Assembly: GCA_030390025.1 (NCBI GenBank)
Contig: CM059431.1
Span: forward strand, 148,430,001-148,494,000
Length of the DNA: 64,000 nucleotides
From: Squalus acanthias
Taxonomy: Eukaryota
Reading direction: 5' to 3'
A program made the translations under genes and the position numbers. Below, piece by piece: positions 48,090 through 59,539 of the stretch. How positions within the stretch are numbered: position 1 is the stretch's first letter; every line of letters starts with the position of its first letter. The notes below the pieces were generated by a model, which worked only from the letters and a program-made list of their open reading frames with translations, was not told where the DNA came from and did not search any database.

Positions 48090-50292
48090 GTGCAGTACTG
48101 AGGGAACGCTGCACTGTCAGAAGGTCAGTACTGACGGAGCACTGCACTAAGGGGCAGTACTGAGGGAGAGCTAAACAGTTGGAGGGTCAATACTGAGGGA
48201 GCACTGCACTGTCGGAGGTTCAGTACTGAGGAAGCGCTGCACTGTCGGAGGTTCTGTGCTGAGGGAGCGCAGCACTGTCGGACAGTCAGTACTGAGGGAA
48301 GACTAAACTGTCCGAGGGTCAGCACTGAGGGATCACTAAACTGTCGGATGTTCAGTAGTGAGCGAGCGCTGCACTGTCAGAGGGTCAGTACTGAGGGAGC
48401 ACTAAACTGTCAGAGGGTCAGTACTGAGGGAGCAATAAACTGTCGGAGGGGCAGTACTGAGGGATCGCTGCACTGTCGGATCATCAGTACTGAGGAAGCG
48501 CTGCACTGTCGGAGGTTCTGTACTGAGGAAGCGCTGCACTGTCGGAGGTTCTGTACTAAGGGAGCGCTGCACTGTCCCATGGGCAGCACTGAATGATCGC
48601 CGCCCTGTCGGAGTGGTAAAACTGAGGGTGCGCTGCACTGTCGGAGGGACAGTACTGAGGGAATGCTGCACTGTCGGACCGTCAGTACTGAGGGAGCGCC
48701 ACACTTTTGGAGGGACAGTACTGAGGGAGTGCTGCACTGTCGGAGGGGCAGTACAGAGGGAGCGCCACACTTTCGGAAGGACAGGACTGAGGGAAAGCTG
48801 CACTTTCGGAGGGTCAGTACTGAGTGAGAGGTACACTGTCGGAGGGTCAGTATTGAGGTACCGCTGCTCTGTCGGTGGCGCTGTACTGAGGGAGCATTGC
48901 ACTGTCTGATGCGCAGTATTGAGGGAGCGCTGCTCTGTCGGACCAGCAGTACTGAGGGAACACTGCACTGTCGGATGGTCAGTAATGAGGGAGCACTAAA
49001 CTGTCGTAAGGTCAGTACTGAGGAAGCGCTGCACTGTCGGTGGTTCTGTACTGAGGGAGCAGTGCACTGTAGGATGGGCAGTACTGAGTGATCGCCGCAC
49101 TGTCGGAGGGGTAATACTGAGGGAGTGCTGCACTGTCGGACGGTGAGTACTGAGGGAGTGCTGCCATGTCGGATGGTCAGTACTGAGGAAGTGCTCCACT
49201 CTCGGAGGGCCAATAATGAGGGAGAGCTGCACTGTCGGAGGGGCAGTATTGAGGGAGTGCCGTACTGTTGGAGGCGCTGTCCTGAGTGAGCGCTGCACTG
49301 TCAGAGGGGCAGCACTGAGGAAGCGCTGCACTGTCGGAGGGGCAGTACTGAGGGCGTGCTGCCCTGTCGGAGGGGCAGTACTGAGGGAGCGCTACACTGT
49401 CGGAGAGGCAGAACTGCGGGAGAGCTGCGCTGATGGATGGTCAATACTGAGGGACCGCTGCACTAACGGAGGGTCAGTACTGAGTTAGAGCTACACTGTA
49501 GAAGAGTCAGTATTGAAGTAGCGCTGCGCGGTCGGAGGTTCTGTGCTCAGGGAAAGCTGCACTGTCTGATGGGAAGCACTGAGAGATCGCCGCACTGTCG
49601 GAGCGGCAGTACTGAGGGAGAGCTGCACTGATGGAGGATCAGTACTGATGGAGTTCTGCATTGTCGGAGGGTTCGTAATGATGAAGCGCTACACAGTCAG
49701 AGGGTCAGTACTGAGGGAGCGCTACACTGTCGGAAGGTCAGTACTGAGGGAGAGCTGCACTGTCGGAGGGGCAGTACTGAGGGAGCGCTACACTCTCGGA
49801 GGGTCAGTAGTGACGGAGTGCTGCACTGTCGGAGGGGCAGTACTGAGTGAGTGCTGCACTGATGCAGAGTCAGTACTGAGGGACCACTGCACTATCGGAG
49901 GGCAATACTGAGGGAGCGCTGCACTGTCGGAGCTGCAGAACTGAGGGTGCACTGACTTCCCGGATGGGCCGTCTTTCGGATGCATCGTTAATCTGAGGCC
50001 ACGTCTGCTCTCTCTCAGCTGGATGTAAAAGATCACATGGCACTATTCGAAGAAGAGCAGCGGGGTTTTCCCCAGTGTTCTGGCCAATACTTATTTCAAT
50101 CAACATCACTAAAACTGATGACCTGGTTGTTATTGCAATGATGTTTGTGGGAACTTGCTGTGTACAAACTGTCTGCCGTGTTTCCTAAAGTACAACACTG
50201 ACTTCACTTCAAAAGTATTTATTTGACTGTAAAGTGCTTTGGGACATCCCAAGGTCGTTAAAGGCGCTCTGTAAATGCTAGTCTTTCTTTCT
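48090..50292 (+). repeat. 31-bp minisatellite (~48090-49950) amplified from inside a SacSINE1/Deu-type SINE, continuing into the SINE body and tail (49950-50292)
   Basis: Unit GCAGTACTGAGGGAGCGCTGCACTGTCGGAGG matches the single-copy segment of the SINE at ~27380-27420 (reverse complement); followed by GCCGTCTTTCGGATG...AAAGGCGCTCTGTAAATGC. Confidence 0.9.
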
Positions 50293-50925
50293 TAATAGTA
50301 ACTTGCAAAAGGTAATTCGATAAATACTTGAAAAGGAGCAATTTTCAGGACTATGTGGAAACATAATAATTGTTCACTGCCATTCACGAAAGGATATGAC
50401 AGCATTGAAGTAATCTGATCGGTTGTTTGTGGGATCGCTTGACACTGTTTAATTTCATCCCACTGAACACGATGGCAGTGCCACAGGATACGATGGATGC
50501 TGTCCTCAGTGTGAAGGCGAGACTCCTTCTCCACAAATATTGTGCAGTTGTCAGTCCTACCAATATCGTCATGGACAGATGTATATCCGATAGGCAGATT
50601 GGTGAGGACGAGGTCACACAGGCTATTTTCTCATGTTGCTTCTCCCACCACCTTCTGCAATCCCAGTCTTGCAGCTCTTCTTCAGTGCTCTGTTAATGCT
50701 GGTGCTTCTGAGTCACTCTTGGTGATGGTCATTGAAGTCTCCCCTCCCCACCCAGAGACTATATTTTGTGCACTTTTTGCTCTCGGCGCTCCAACCAACT
50801 GGTGTTCTGCATGAAGATGTGCTAATTCCTCAGCAGAATCAGGGTGGTCGTTGATAATCAGCAGGAAGTTACCTTGCCCATATCTGACTGGAAGACATGA
50901 GACTTCATTGTGTCCTTAGGCAATG

Positions 50926-53900
50926 GACAACCCCAACATCGATTGACCGGAACGCCATAGTGCTATCGTTGCCCGGGAGCTCAGACGTTTCGATGTAGAC
51001 ATCGCCGCCCTAAGTGACACCCGACGGGCAGGGGAAGGTCAGCTCAAGTTGCAAGGCGGTGGTTACACCTTCTTCTGGAATGGCAAAGCTGAAGAGGAAC
51101 GCTACCTCCATGGGGTAGGCTTCGCCATATAAAATGAGCTAGTTGGGCGTCTGAGACTCCCCTTGTGGAATAAAGGAACGCCTCATAATTCTACCACTCA
51201 CCCTAGCCAGGAACCAATGCGCCAAGGTCATCAGTGCGTGCGCCTCAACACTGGAAGCAACAGACGATGCCAAAGAGGAATTCTACTCCAGCCTCGAATA
51301 ATCACTGTCCCGATTCTCAACGGCCCACAAGCTAATCCTCCTTGACGGCTTTAACGCTAGAGTTGGAAAGGACAGAATTCTGGCGAGCTGTGATCGGCAG
51401 AGAGGGGGTAGGTGAACCCAACTACAACAGTAACCTCCTCGTTACGAAATGCTTAGAAAATGGATTTGTCATAACCAACATCTTGTTAAATCGGCTTTAC
51501 AAATACAAGAATTCATGGCAACACCCTCGCTCCAAGCACTGGCATCTGCTGAACTACGTCATGGTCTGAGCGAGGGGCAGCATGGATGTCCGCATAACCC
51601 GCGACATGACAGGAGCTGATGACTGCTAGACAGACCACCGCTAATCCGCTCTGTCATCTCCATTAATGTATCCCCAAAACAGCGGCGGCAACAGAGACAA
51701 TGCCGCAGGAAAATCAACGCTGGAGCACTCAAAGACCCCGCTCTCAAAGCTCTATTCAGCCTGTGCTTCACAAACAACCAGCTCTCGGTGTTACAATAAA
51801 CCTGTGCTCTGAATGAAGATGTGCTGATTCATCTGCTGAATCAGGGTGGTAGGTGGTAATCAGCAGGATTTACCTTGCCCATTTCCCACTGGATGAATGA
51901 GAACTCATTATGCGAATATACAAGTGATTCAGAGACACAGAGTGTCCACAGCGCCTGGTCTGCACTCAAGGTCTCCATAATCAGCACCTGTGAAGACACG
52001 CTTGGTCACTCGAACAGGAAACACCAAGACTGGTTCGACGAGAACGGCCAGGAGATCCAGGAGCTAATAAATCGCAAGCGAAAGGCATTCCTCATCTGGA
52101 AACAGCAACACAATTCGAGAGCAAGAAAACAGCTCTATAGACGCCTTAAGGCCGAGGTCCAACAAAAACTCGCGATCTAAAGAACAGATGCTGGGTGGAG
52201 GAAGCGCAGGAGATCCAGCAGCAAGCCGACAACCACAACATGCGTGGATTTTTTAGCGCAGTCAAGACCACCTACGGCTCAAAAACAATAGGTCCTACGC
52301 CACTGCGGACCAAGAACAGAGAGGTAATCATCAAGGAAAGAGAGGCAGCCAGTGCCCGCTGAAAGAAGCACTTCGGAGATCTCCTTTACCGAGACTCTGT
52401 CTTCGACGTGACTGTCCACAATTCCATCCCGCAGCATGCTACCTGCCACCACCTCAGCACAAACCCAGCCCGGCATGACTTTGAAAAGGCCACCTGTCAA
52501 CTGAAGAACAACACGGCCTCAGGAACAGATGGAATCCCCGCCACGGCGCTAAAACATGGCGGAGAAGCAATATTGGCGCGAATACATGAATTCATTTAAT
52601 TTATTTGGAAGGAAGAGAGCATTCCAGGCGATCTCAGAGATGCCATAATCGTTACCATCTTGAAAAAAGGTGACAAGTCCGATTGCGGTAATTAGAGAGG
52701 AGTCCCCCTGCTGTCTGCCACAGGGAAATTCATCGCAATAATCCTCATCAATTGCCTTCTCCCAGTGGCTGAAGAGCTCCTCCCAGAGTCGCAATGCGGA
52801 TTCTCCCCTCTAAGGGGCACAATGGACATGACCTTCACCGAGCGGCAAATACAAGAGAAATGCAGGGAACAGCACCAACCGCTGTACATGGCCTTCTTTG
52901 ACCTCACAAAGACCTACAACACATTCAACAATGAGGGATTAGGGAGTGTCCTCCTCAAATTCGGCTGCCCTCAAAGGTTTGTCATCATCCTCTACCTGCT
53001 TCATGACGACATGGAAGCTGTGATGCTGACAAACAGATCCCCCATAGACCTAATTCACGTATGGACCTGGGTCAAGCAAGGCTGTGTTATCGCACCAAAG
53101 CTCTTCTCGATCTTCCTGGCTGCAATGCTCCATCTCAGCATCAGTACACTCCCCGCTGGAGTGCAGCTAATCTACCGAAAAAACGGGAAACTGTTCAACC
53201 TCCCTCGCCTCCAGTCCAGATGCAAGGTCGTGCCTTCCTCTGTCATCGAATCACAGTATGCAGACATATGCGCACACTCGGTATTCGAACTCCAAACCAC
53301 CGTCAACACCTTCACCGAAGAGTACAGGAGCATGACCCATAACTAAACATCCATAAGAGAAAGGTCCTCGACAAACCTGCCCCCACCACATAGTACAGCC
53401 CCCCGATTATCAAAATCCACGACCATGCCTTTGACAACGTGAACCACGTTCCATACCTCGGGAGCCTATTGTCAGTGTGCCAGTGCAGCCTTCATTCGCC
53501 TGAGGAATAGAGTGTTTATTGACCAGGACGTCAAACCCGCAACCAAGCTCATGGTCTACAAGGCAGTAGTGATTACTGCCCTCCTGTACGCTTCAGCGAC
53601 ATGGACAATGTACAGTAGACACCTCAAAGCACTGGAGAGCTCCCTCCAACGCTGCTTCCTCAAGATCCTGCAACTCCATTGGCAGGATAGGAGCACAAAC
53701 GTTAGTGTTCTCGGTCAGGCCAACATCAGCAGCATCGATGCTTTGACCACAAAAGATCAGCTCCGATGGACGGGCCACATCGTCCTCAAGCCCGATACGA
53801 GACTCCCAAAACAAGCGCTCTATTCGATGCTCCGACACGGCAGGAGAGCCCTAGGTGGGCAGAGGAAACGCTTCAAGGACACCGTCAAAGTCTGCTTGGA

Positions 53901-54212
53901 AAAGTCCAACTTCCCCTCCGACAATTGTGAATTCCTGGACCAAGACCGCTCAAAGTGGAGGAGAAGCAGCCAGGAGGGCACCAAACACCTTGTGTCTCTT
54001 TGCCAGGAGCAAGTGGAAGCCAAGCACAAACAGTAGAAGGAGCGCACGTCAACCCAAGCACACACCCACCCGTCCCTTCAAACACCGTCTGCCCCACCTG
54101 TGACAGAGACTGTAGGTCCCGCATTGGACTCATCAGTCACCTGAGAACTCATTTTTAATGTGGACGAAAGCCATCCTCGCTCCCGAGGGACTGCCTAAGG
54201 AGAGAAGAACAA
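50926..54212 (+). mobile_element. RTE-clade LINE, 5'-truncated, TSD GCAATG
   Basis: Same family as 12041-15580 (PESQCGF, AFFDLTK, CPTCDRDCRSRIGLISHLRTH); GCAATG at 50920-50925 and 54213-54218. Confidence 0.92.
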
Positions 54213-54604
54213 GCAATGTTGAGGACTCGCGGGATCTCTCCCAGCCGACTGTATACCGCTGTGCCCCCACCTGTGGTGAATCAGTCCTGCCAGTGGAACA
54301 GGATACACCCTGGGATGGTGATGGAGGAGTCGGGAATATGGACTGATACGTTTGCTTCTGTGACTATGATTGTGCGAGAATTCAATGTTTCCAGAGAGTT
54401 TAATGGAGTATTCAGACGGTTACAGGCTATTTATCTCATTGATTAATTTTTTAAGCGTTTTGCTTTGATTCCTTGTTGTCAAACCTTTGCTCGTTTTATT
54501 ATTTTCGCAACCCTCTGTAAAGCACCATTACAAGATTGGCTGTTTGAGTTCAATTATTAGAAAAACCTTGTAGTTCTTGTTCTAGATTTAGGCAAGTAGA
54601 ATGC

Positions 54605-55035
54605 CCTGGGAAGCAACTTGCTGGACTAAGGCGGGAACATGGAACCTTGGCTGCTCTCGGAATTAAATTCGTGGACTGCGGCGGGAGCAATGTTATCTAG
54701 GCGACTCTGGGAATGAAATTCCTGGAATGCGGTGGGAGCAATGTTATCTAGACGGCCGAAGGAATCACCTTTCTGGAGTAAGGCGGGAGCAGTGTAATCT
54801 GGGCAGCACAGGGAATGAAGTTCCTGGACTGAGGCGGAAGCAGAGTTACCTCGGCGGCCCTGCGTTTGAAGTTCCTGGACTGAGGCAGCAACAGTGTTAT
54901 CTAGGCGTCCATGGGAATGAAGTTCCTGTTATCAGACGGGAACAGTGTAATCTTAGCGGCCCAGGGAATTAATTACCACGACTGAAGTGGGAGCAGTGTA
55001 ATCTAGGCGACCCTGGGAAATAAATTCCTGCACAG
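54605..55035. repeat. ~54-bp minisatellite (orthologue of 4745-5135)
   Basis: GGGAATGAAGTTCCTGGACTGAGGCGG...GTAATCTAGGCG units. Confidence 0.85.
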
Positions 55036-55149
55036 AGGAAGAGTGAATTATTGTGCATACACTCACTTTTAATTTAACGCTGTGCACAGTAATGTGAGCT
55101 AGATTGTGTTGTAGTGAAGTGTGGGGGTGACAATGGATCAATGAGTCTG

Positions 55150-55308
55150 TTTGTTCAATGAATGTAATTATTGCCAGTTACAGTGAGGCCTAATAATTTC
55201 ACTCGGGGATTTCCCTCTGCTCTAAGTAAGGAGATCCCTTCACTGTGTGACCTCACACAATCAGCGCGTTGCCTCCAGCACAAAGACCACCAGCCTCTCG
55301 CAGAAGGG
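55150..55308 (+). promoter_or_regulatory. Putative promoter of GPR139-like copy 2
   Basis: GGGGATTTCC at 55205-55214; homologous to 5240-5398. Confidence 0.5.
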
Positions 55309-55377
55309 ATGTCATGGGTTCGATGATCTCTATGGAAAGTATTCTTGACCTGTAGCAGTTAATAAGAACGCTTTGGA

Positions 55378-56170
55378 ATAAGAAAAGAAAATGTTGATTA
55401 CACTCAGCAGGTCAGGCAGCATCCATGGAGAGAGAAAGAGTTAACGTTTCAGGTCTGTGTCACTCCATCAGAACTGAAAAGTTTTAGAGCTGCAACTGAT
55501 TTGTAGCAGGTACAGGGGCAGGGAAATTGGGGCGGGTTGAATGAAAGAACAAAAGTGTCTGTCTGTGATAGGTTGGAATGCAGGAGTGGGTAAATGTTGC
55601 AGATGTGGCTGGGAGAAACATCAACAGCAGCCGCCTGAAACACACAGGGTCGGATGCTATCGTCCGAAATTGCGGAACTCAATGTTGTGTCCATTAGGCT
55701 GTAAAGTGCCTAATAGATAGATAAAGTGCTTTTCCTCGAGCTTAAATTGAGCTTCATTGGAACACTGTAAGACGCCGAGCACAGAGACGTCAGAGTGGGA
55801 TGGGAGCAGCGAAGTAAAGTCACAGGGGACCGGAAGCTCGGGTTCTCACTTACCGACTGAACATATGTGTTCCGCAAAGCAATCACCCAATCTGCGTTTG
55901 GTCTCCCCAGAGTAGAGGACACCGCATCCTGAGCAGCGAATACAGTATACTAAATTGAAGGAAATTCAAGTAAATCGCTGTTTCACCTGGAAGGATTATT
56001 TGGGGCTCTGGACAGTGGGAAGGGAGGAGGTAAAAGTGCAGGTGTTTCATCTCCTGCGCTTGCAAGGGATGGTGCCGTGGGGAGGGGAGGGGCTGTTGGT
56101 GGTGATTGAGGAGTGGACCAGGGTGTTGTGGAGGGTGCGGTTCCTTCGGAATGCTGAAAGGGGAGGGGAG
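55378..56170 (-). mobile_element. Penelope-like element 3' part (GIY-YIG endonuclease remnant and pseudo-LTR) inserted in GPCR exon 1
   Basis: Minus strand: ...FNLVYCIRCSGCGVLYSGETKRRLGDCFAEH, a GIY-YIG-like motif of PLEs; terminal degenerate hammerhead-like motif. Confidence 0.82.
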
Positions 56171-56219
56171 GATATACAAAACATTTACTATCCCCTTCTT
56201 ACTGCTGTTAGTGTTCCTT
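56171..56219 (+). pseudogene. 3' half of GPR139-like exon 1 (copy 2)
   Basis: DIQNIYYPLLTAVSVP T|gtaagt, phase 1. Confidence 0.8.
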
Positions 56220-57969
56220 GTAAGTATCTATGTCCAGTTATTAACTCTATAAACCATGTTACACTGTAATATTATTCTTGCTATTTACCGTGGCATACTG
56301 ATTTATTAGTGTTATTCTGTGTTTCGAGTTCTTGCATCTTTGTTGATGCAAGAGTTATTTAAAAAGACTGGCACATTCTCGCTACTGTTGGTGTTCCTGG
56401 TACGTCTCTCTATCCCGCTATTAATTCTATAAATCATGTTTAACTGTATTTCTCTCCTTGTCATTCTCCATCCCTTGCGCACTGCTGTCGGCTATTGATT
56501 CTGAAGGTGATACGGTATTACCGAATGGCGAAAGGTAATCGACCTGAAACTTTAACTCTCTCTCTCTCCACAGATGCTGCCTGACCTGCTGAGCATTTAA
56601 AACATTTCCTGCTCTATTTTAGATTCCCAGCATCCGCAGTAATTTGCTTTTGTTTTCACCGAATGGTCGATATGGTTACTCACACAGATTCACAGGAACA
56701 AATCCTGACAGATCACAAACTGATCTTTAAATGTCTGAAATATCCGCGAATCATTGAGTTCCAGGAAGTGTCTCGTTTGCTACCATCTCCAGTTCTACAT
56801 TAGTGATACTGCTTCTGATGGTAAGAATAGGTTTATACGGATAATTTAACTTCTCGAAAAACGTTCAGTCAGCCATATTTCAATGCGTTTATTACCAATT
56901 TTGTTTTGAATTTACAAGTGGGTCCCGTGCCTGTCTGTCAAAGTTCAGTGGATCTCTCAGTGAGACCCAGAGTTATTCTCTATCGCCTCCTTCTGTACTG
57001 CAGGATAATCAATCCCAGCTGATTGTAACTGAAGTACTGAGGATAAGAAAATCATTTCATATTTTCTCGACTAATATTCTCTGCACAATTTGGAAACCAA
57101 CAGGTGAAAAATACAATGAAAAATCTCTTCCATTTGTGTTCAGATACTTAACGAAAGCCTAATGAGGCTCGTTGCCTGTGGGATGAGTCGCTTGATTACG
57201 ATGCTAATACATGCATTTAGTGTGATATTACCTGGTCAATGATAACTATTTATTTTAATTCAGAATCCATTCCTTGCAATGTTATTTGAAAAATCTTCCG
57301 TTCAATGAGCCACAATTTCAGTCTTTCAACAAAACTACAGAAAGCTCAATCTTCAAAACATTTCTTACAGCCCAGTTATTTTTATAACTACAGTGCCCTT
57401 GTATTAATTATCTTAGCACTTGCATATTACAGTCGTACATTTTTAAGAGAATTGCCAGCAATTATTGCACGCCAAGATTGCAGTTACTGTATTTTGCCGT
57501 TACATTTATTTTCAGTTCTAAATATAATGGATATTCTAACTAGGAGCAGGAATACAAGCGGGATTTCCCCCTCCCTAACACAGGGGCAGGGAAGCGAATT
57601 GCACCGCTCCAAATGCTGACTGATCCAGGAACACGAAGCCTTCCTCCGAGGTGCTGGTCCTTTGTGTCACTGGTAATTCGGGTGGTGCTTTTGTCTGCTG
57701 GGCCAAAGGTAGATCTACCATTTAATCTCTCATTGATCAAACATCTGTTACTTTCATGTTGTATTTAGTCACGTTTCATTTCTTAATTCCACAATATATT
57801 TCCGATTATTCTTACAATAAAGGCTGTATTCAACTCCACGGGCAATAGAATTAGATTATATAATTGAATGTCGCTGATGAGTTGGAGATTTCTCCCAGAA
57901 TTCCTTCTATCTGTTGCTCTTGCTCCCAGCCTGATGTATAATTTCCCTGTTTATTTCCCTTCCTCACAG

Positions 57970-58860
57970 TGAACTTAGTGACGATTGTGATCCTGTCTCG
58001 GGGAAAGTGCGGTCTCTCCAAATGTGTCACTCGCTACCTGGTGGCCATGGCAGCGGCGGATCTACTGGTCCTTATCCTCGATCTGATATTGAGGCAGATT
58101 CCGATTGTATTTATGGAACATTTTCGTTTCGTGGAGTCCATCCCCGTGTGTAATATCCACGCCGTCCTGCTTTATGCAGCCACAGACTGTTCTGTCTGGT
58201 TCACCGTCAGTTTCACCTTCGATCGATTTGTGGCCATTTGTCGCCAGAAGCTGAAAACTAAATATTGCACCGAGAAATCGGCGGCAGTGGTTCTGGGAAC
58301 AGTGACTGTGCTAAGCGGTTCAAAGAACATTTTCTGGTATTTTATGTTCACACATCTGTATGCGCTTGCGAACCTGCCCTGGTTTTGTGTGGTAACAATG
58401 GATGTTGTTTATTCATGGGTCTGGGGGACAATCGAGCTCCTTCATTATATTCTCACCCCAGGGGTCCCATTTGTCGTGATTCTGCTGCTCAATGCTCTCA
58501 CCGTCAGACACATTTTATTGTCCAGCAGAGCCCGGGGGTCCCAGCAGTAGGGAGAGTCCCAGAGACCCAGAGGTGGAGAGCCGCAGGAAATCCATCATTT
58601 TACTGCTTGTTATCTCCGGCAATTTCATCCTGTTGTGGGCAGTGTTTTTGATGTATTATATATGGATCCGGATGAGGGATTTGGAGGCTATATCTGTTTA
58701 TGCACCTTTTTATGTAAGGGAATTGGGATTGATGTTGCAGATGCTGAGTTGCTGCACAAACACTGGGATTTATGCCGTGACACAGACTAAATTCAGAGAG
58801 CAGTTAAAGAATGTGGGGAAATATCCCTTCACTCTTATTGTAAAATTCATTAAAGGATGA
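57970..58860 (+). pseudogene. Exon 2 of a second GPR139-like GPCR with an 11-bp frameshifting deletion in ICL3
   Basis: cacag|TGAAC acceptor. Relative to copy 1, CAGGAGACTCC is missing at ~58534, giving TAG at 58548-58550; the downstream frame still reads TM6-TM7 to TGA 58858-58860. Confidence 0.9.
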
Positions 58861-58929
58861 TGTGAAGCGGACACTTTGCAGCCTGAGAGCTCCCTCGGCC
58901 TGGTATTGTGGCGAGCCGTTCTCCCCCGA

Positions 58930-59348
58930 TTCGCCCGCCGGCGGGGAAATTCACATAACAAAGATGGCCGCTCCGGTGCCCCGCACAAAGTTGCGGACCA
59001 GGCGCCCGTCACAAATATTGCGGCCCCGGCGCCTCGCAACAAAGTTGGCAGCACCGGGGACCGTCACGAATATTGCGGCCCAGGCGCTCCGCACATAGAT
59101 GGCGGCTACGGCGCCCTGCACAAAGAAAGAGGCACTGGCGGGCCTAACAAAGTTGGCGTATCAGACACCCCGCTGGAACATGGCGGCTCTGGCGCACCGA
59201 ACAAAGATGGTTACCGCGGCGACCCTCACAGTGATGGCGGAACCTGATGTACGCAAAAAATGCCGTCTCTGTCGCCCTAACAAAGATGGCGGCTCAGACG
59301 CTCCGCATAAGGATGGAGGCCCTGACGCCCAGAACAAAAATGGTGGCT
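58930..59348. repeat. CpG-rich ~27-bp YY1-motif minisatellite (orthologue of 9060-9620)
   Basis: AAGATGGCCGC, AGATGGCGGC, ACATGGCGGC and AAGATGGCGGC units. Confidence 0.82.
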
Positions 59349-59539
59349 CTCTCTCGCTCTCTCTGGCCTTCTCCCGCCGTTCGGTTGCCGCCATTAAGGT
59401 TTCCCTTTTTCCTAGAAGCGAGGCCGGGGAGTGGGGCGTGACGCGAGAATCTGGAGCGCCGGCAGCAGGTGGCCCGTTTACCGTTGGATCGGGCGGCAAT
59501 GGGAAGCAGCCCGACCTGGAGAGGATGAGGCCCGTCACC

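Larger units (their letters stand above)
50117..59348 (+). repeat. Segmental duplication unit, copy 2 (paralogue at ~3955-9620) with a later RTE insertion
   Basis: Colinear with copy 1; the empty RTE site is visible in copy 1 at ~4350-4370. Confidence 0.92.

Noticed and set aside
48090..49950. CACTGTC / CACAGAG motifs as V(D)J recombination signal heptamers (also 18927-19478)
   Set aside because: The heptamers are imperfect, with no nonamers at 12/23 spacing and no V or J segments; repeat units explain them.
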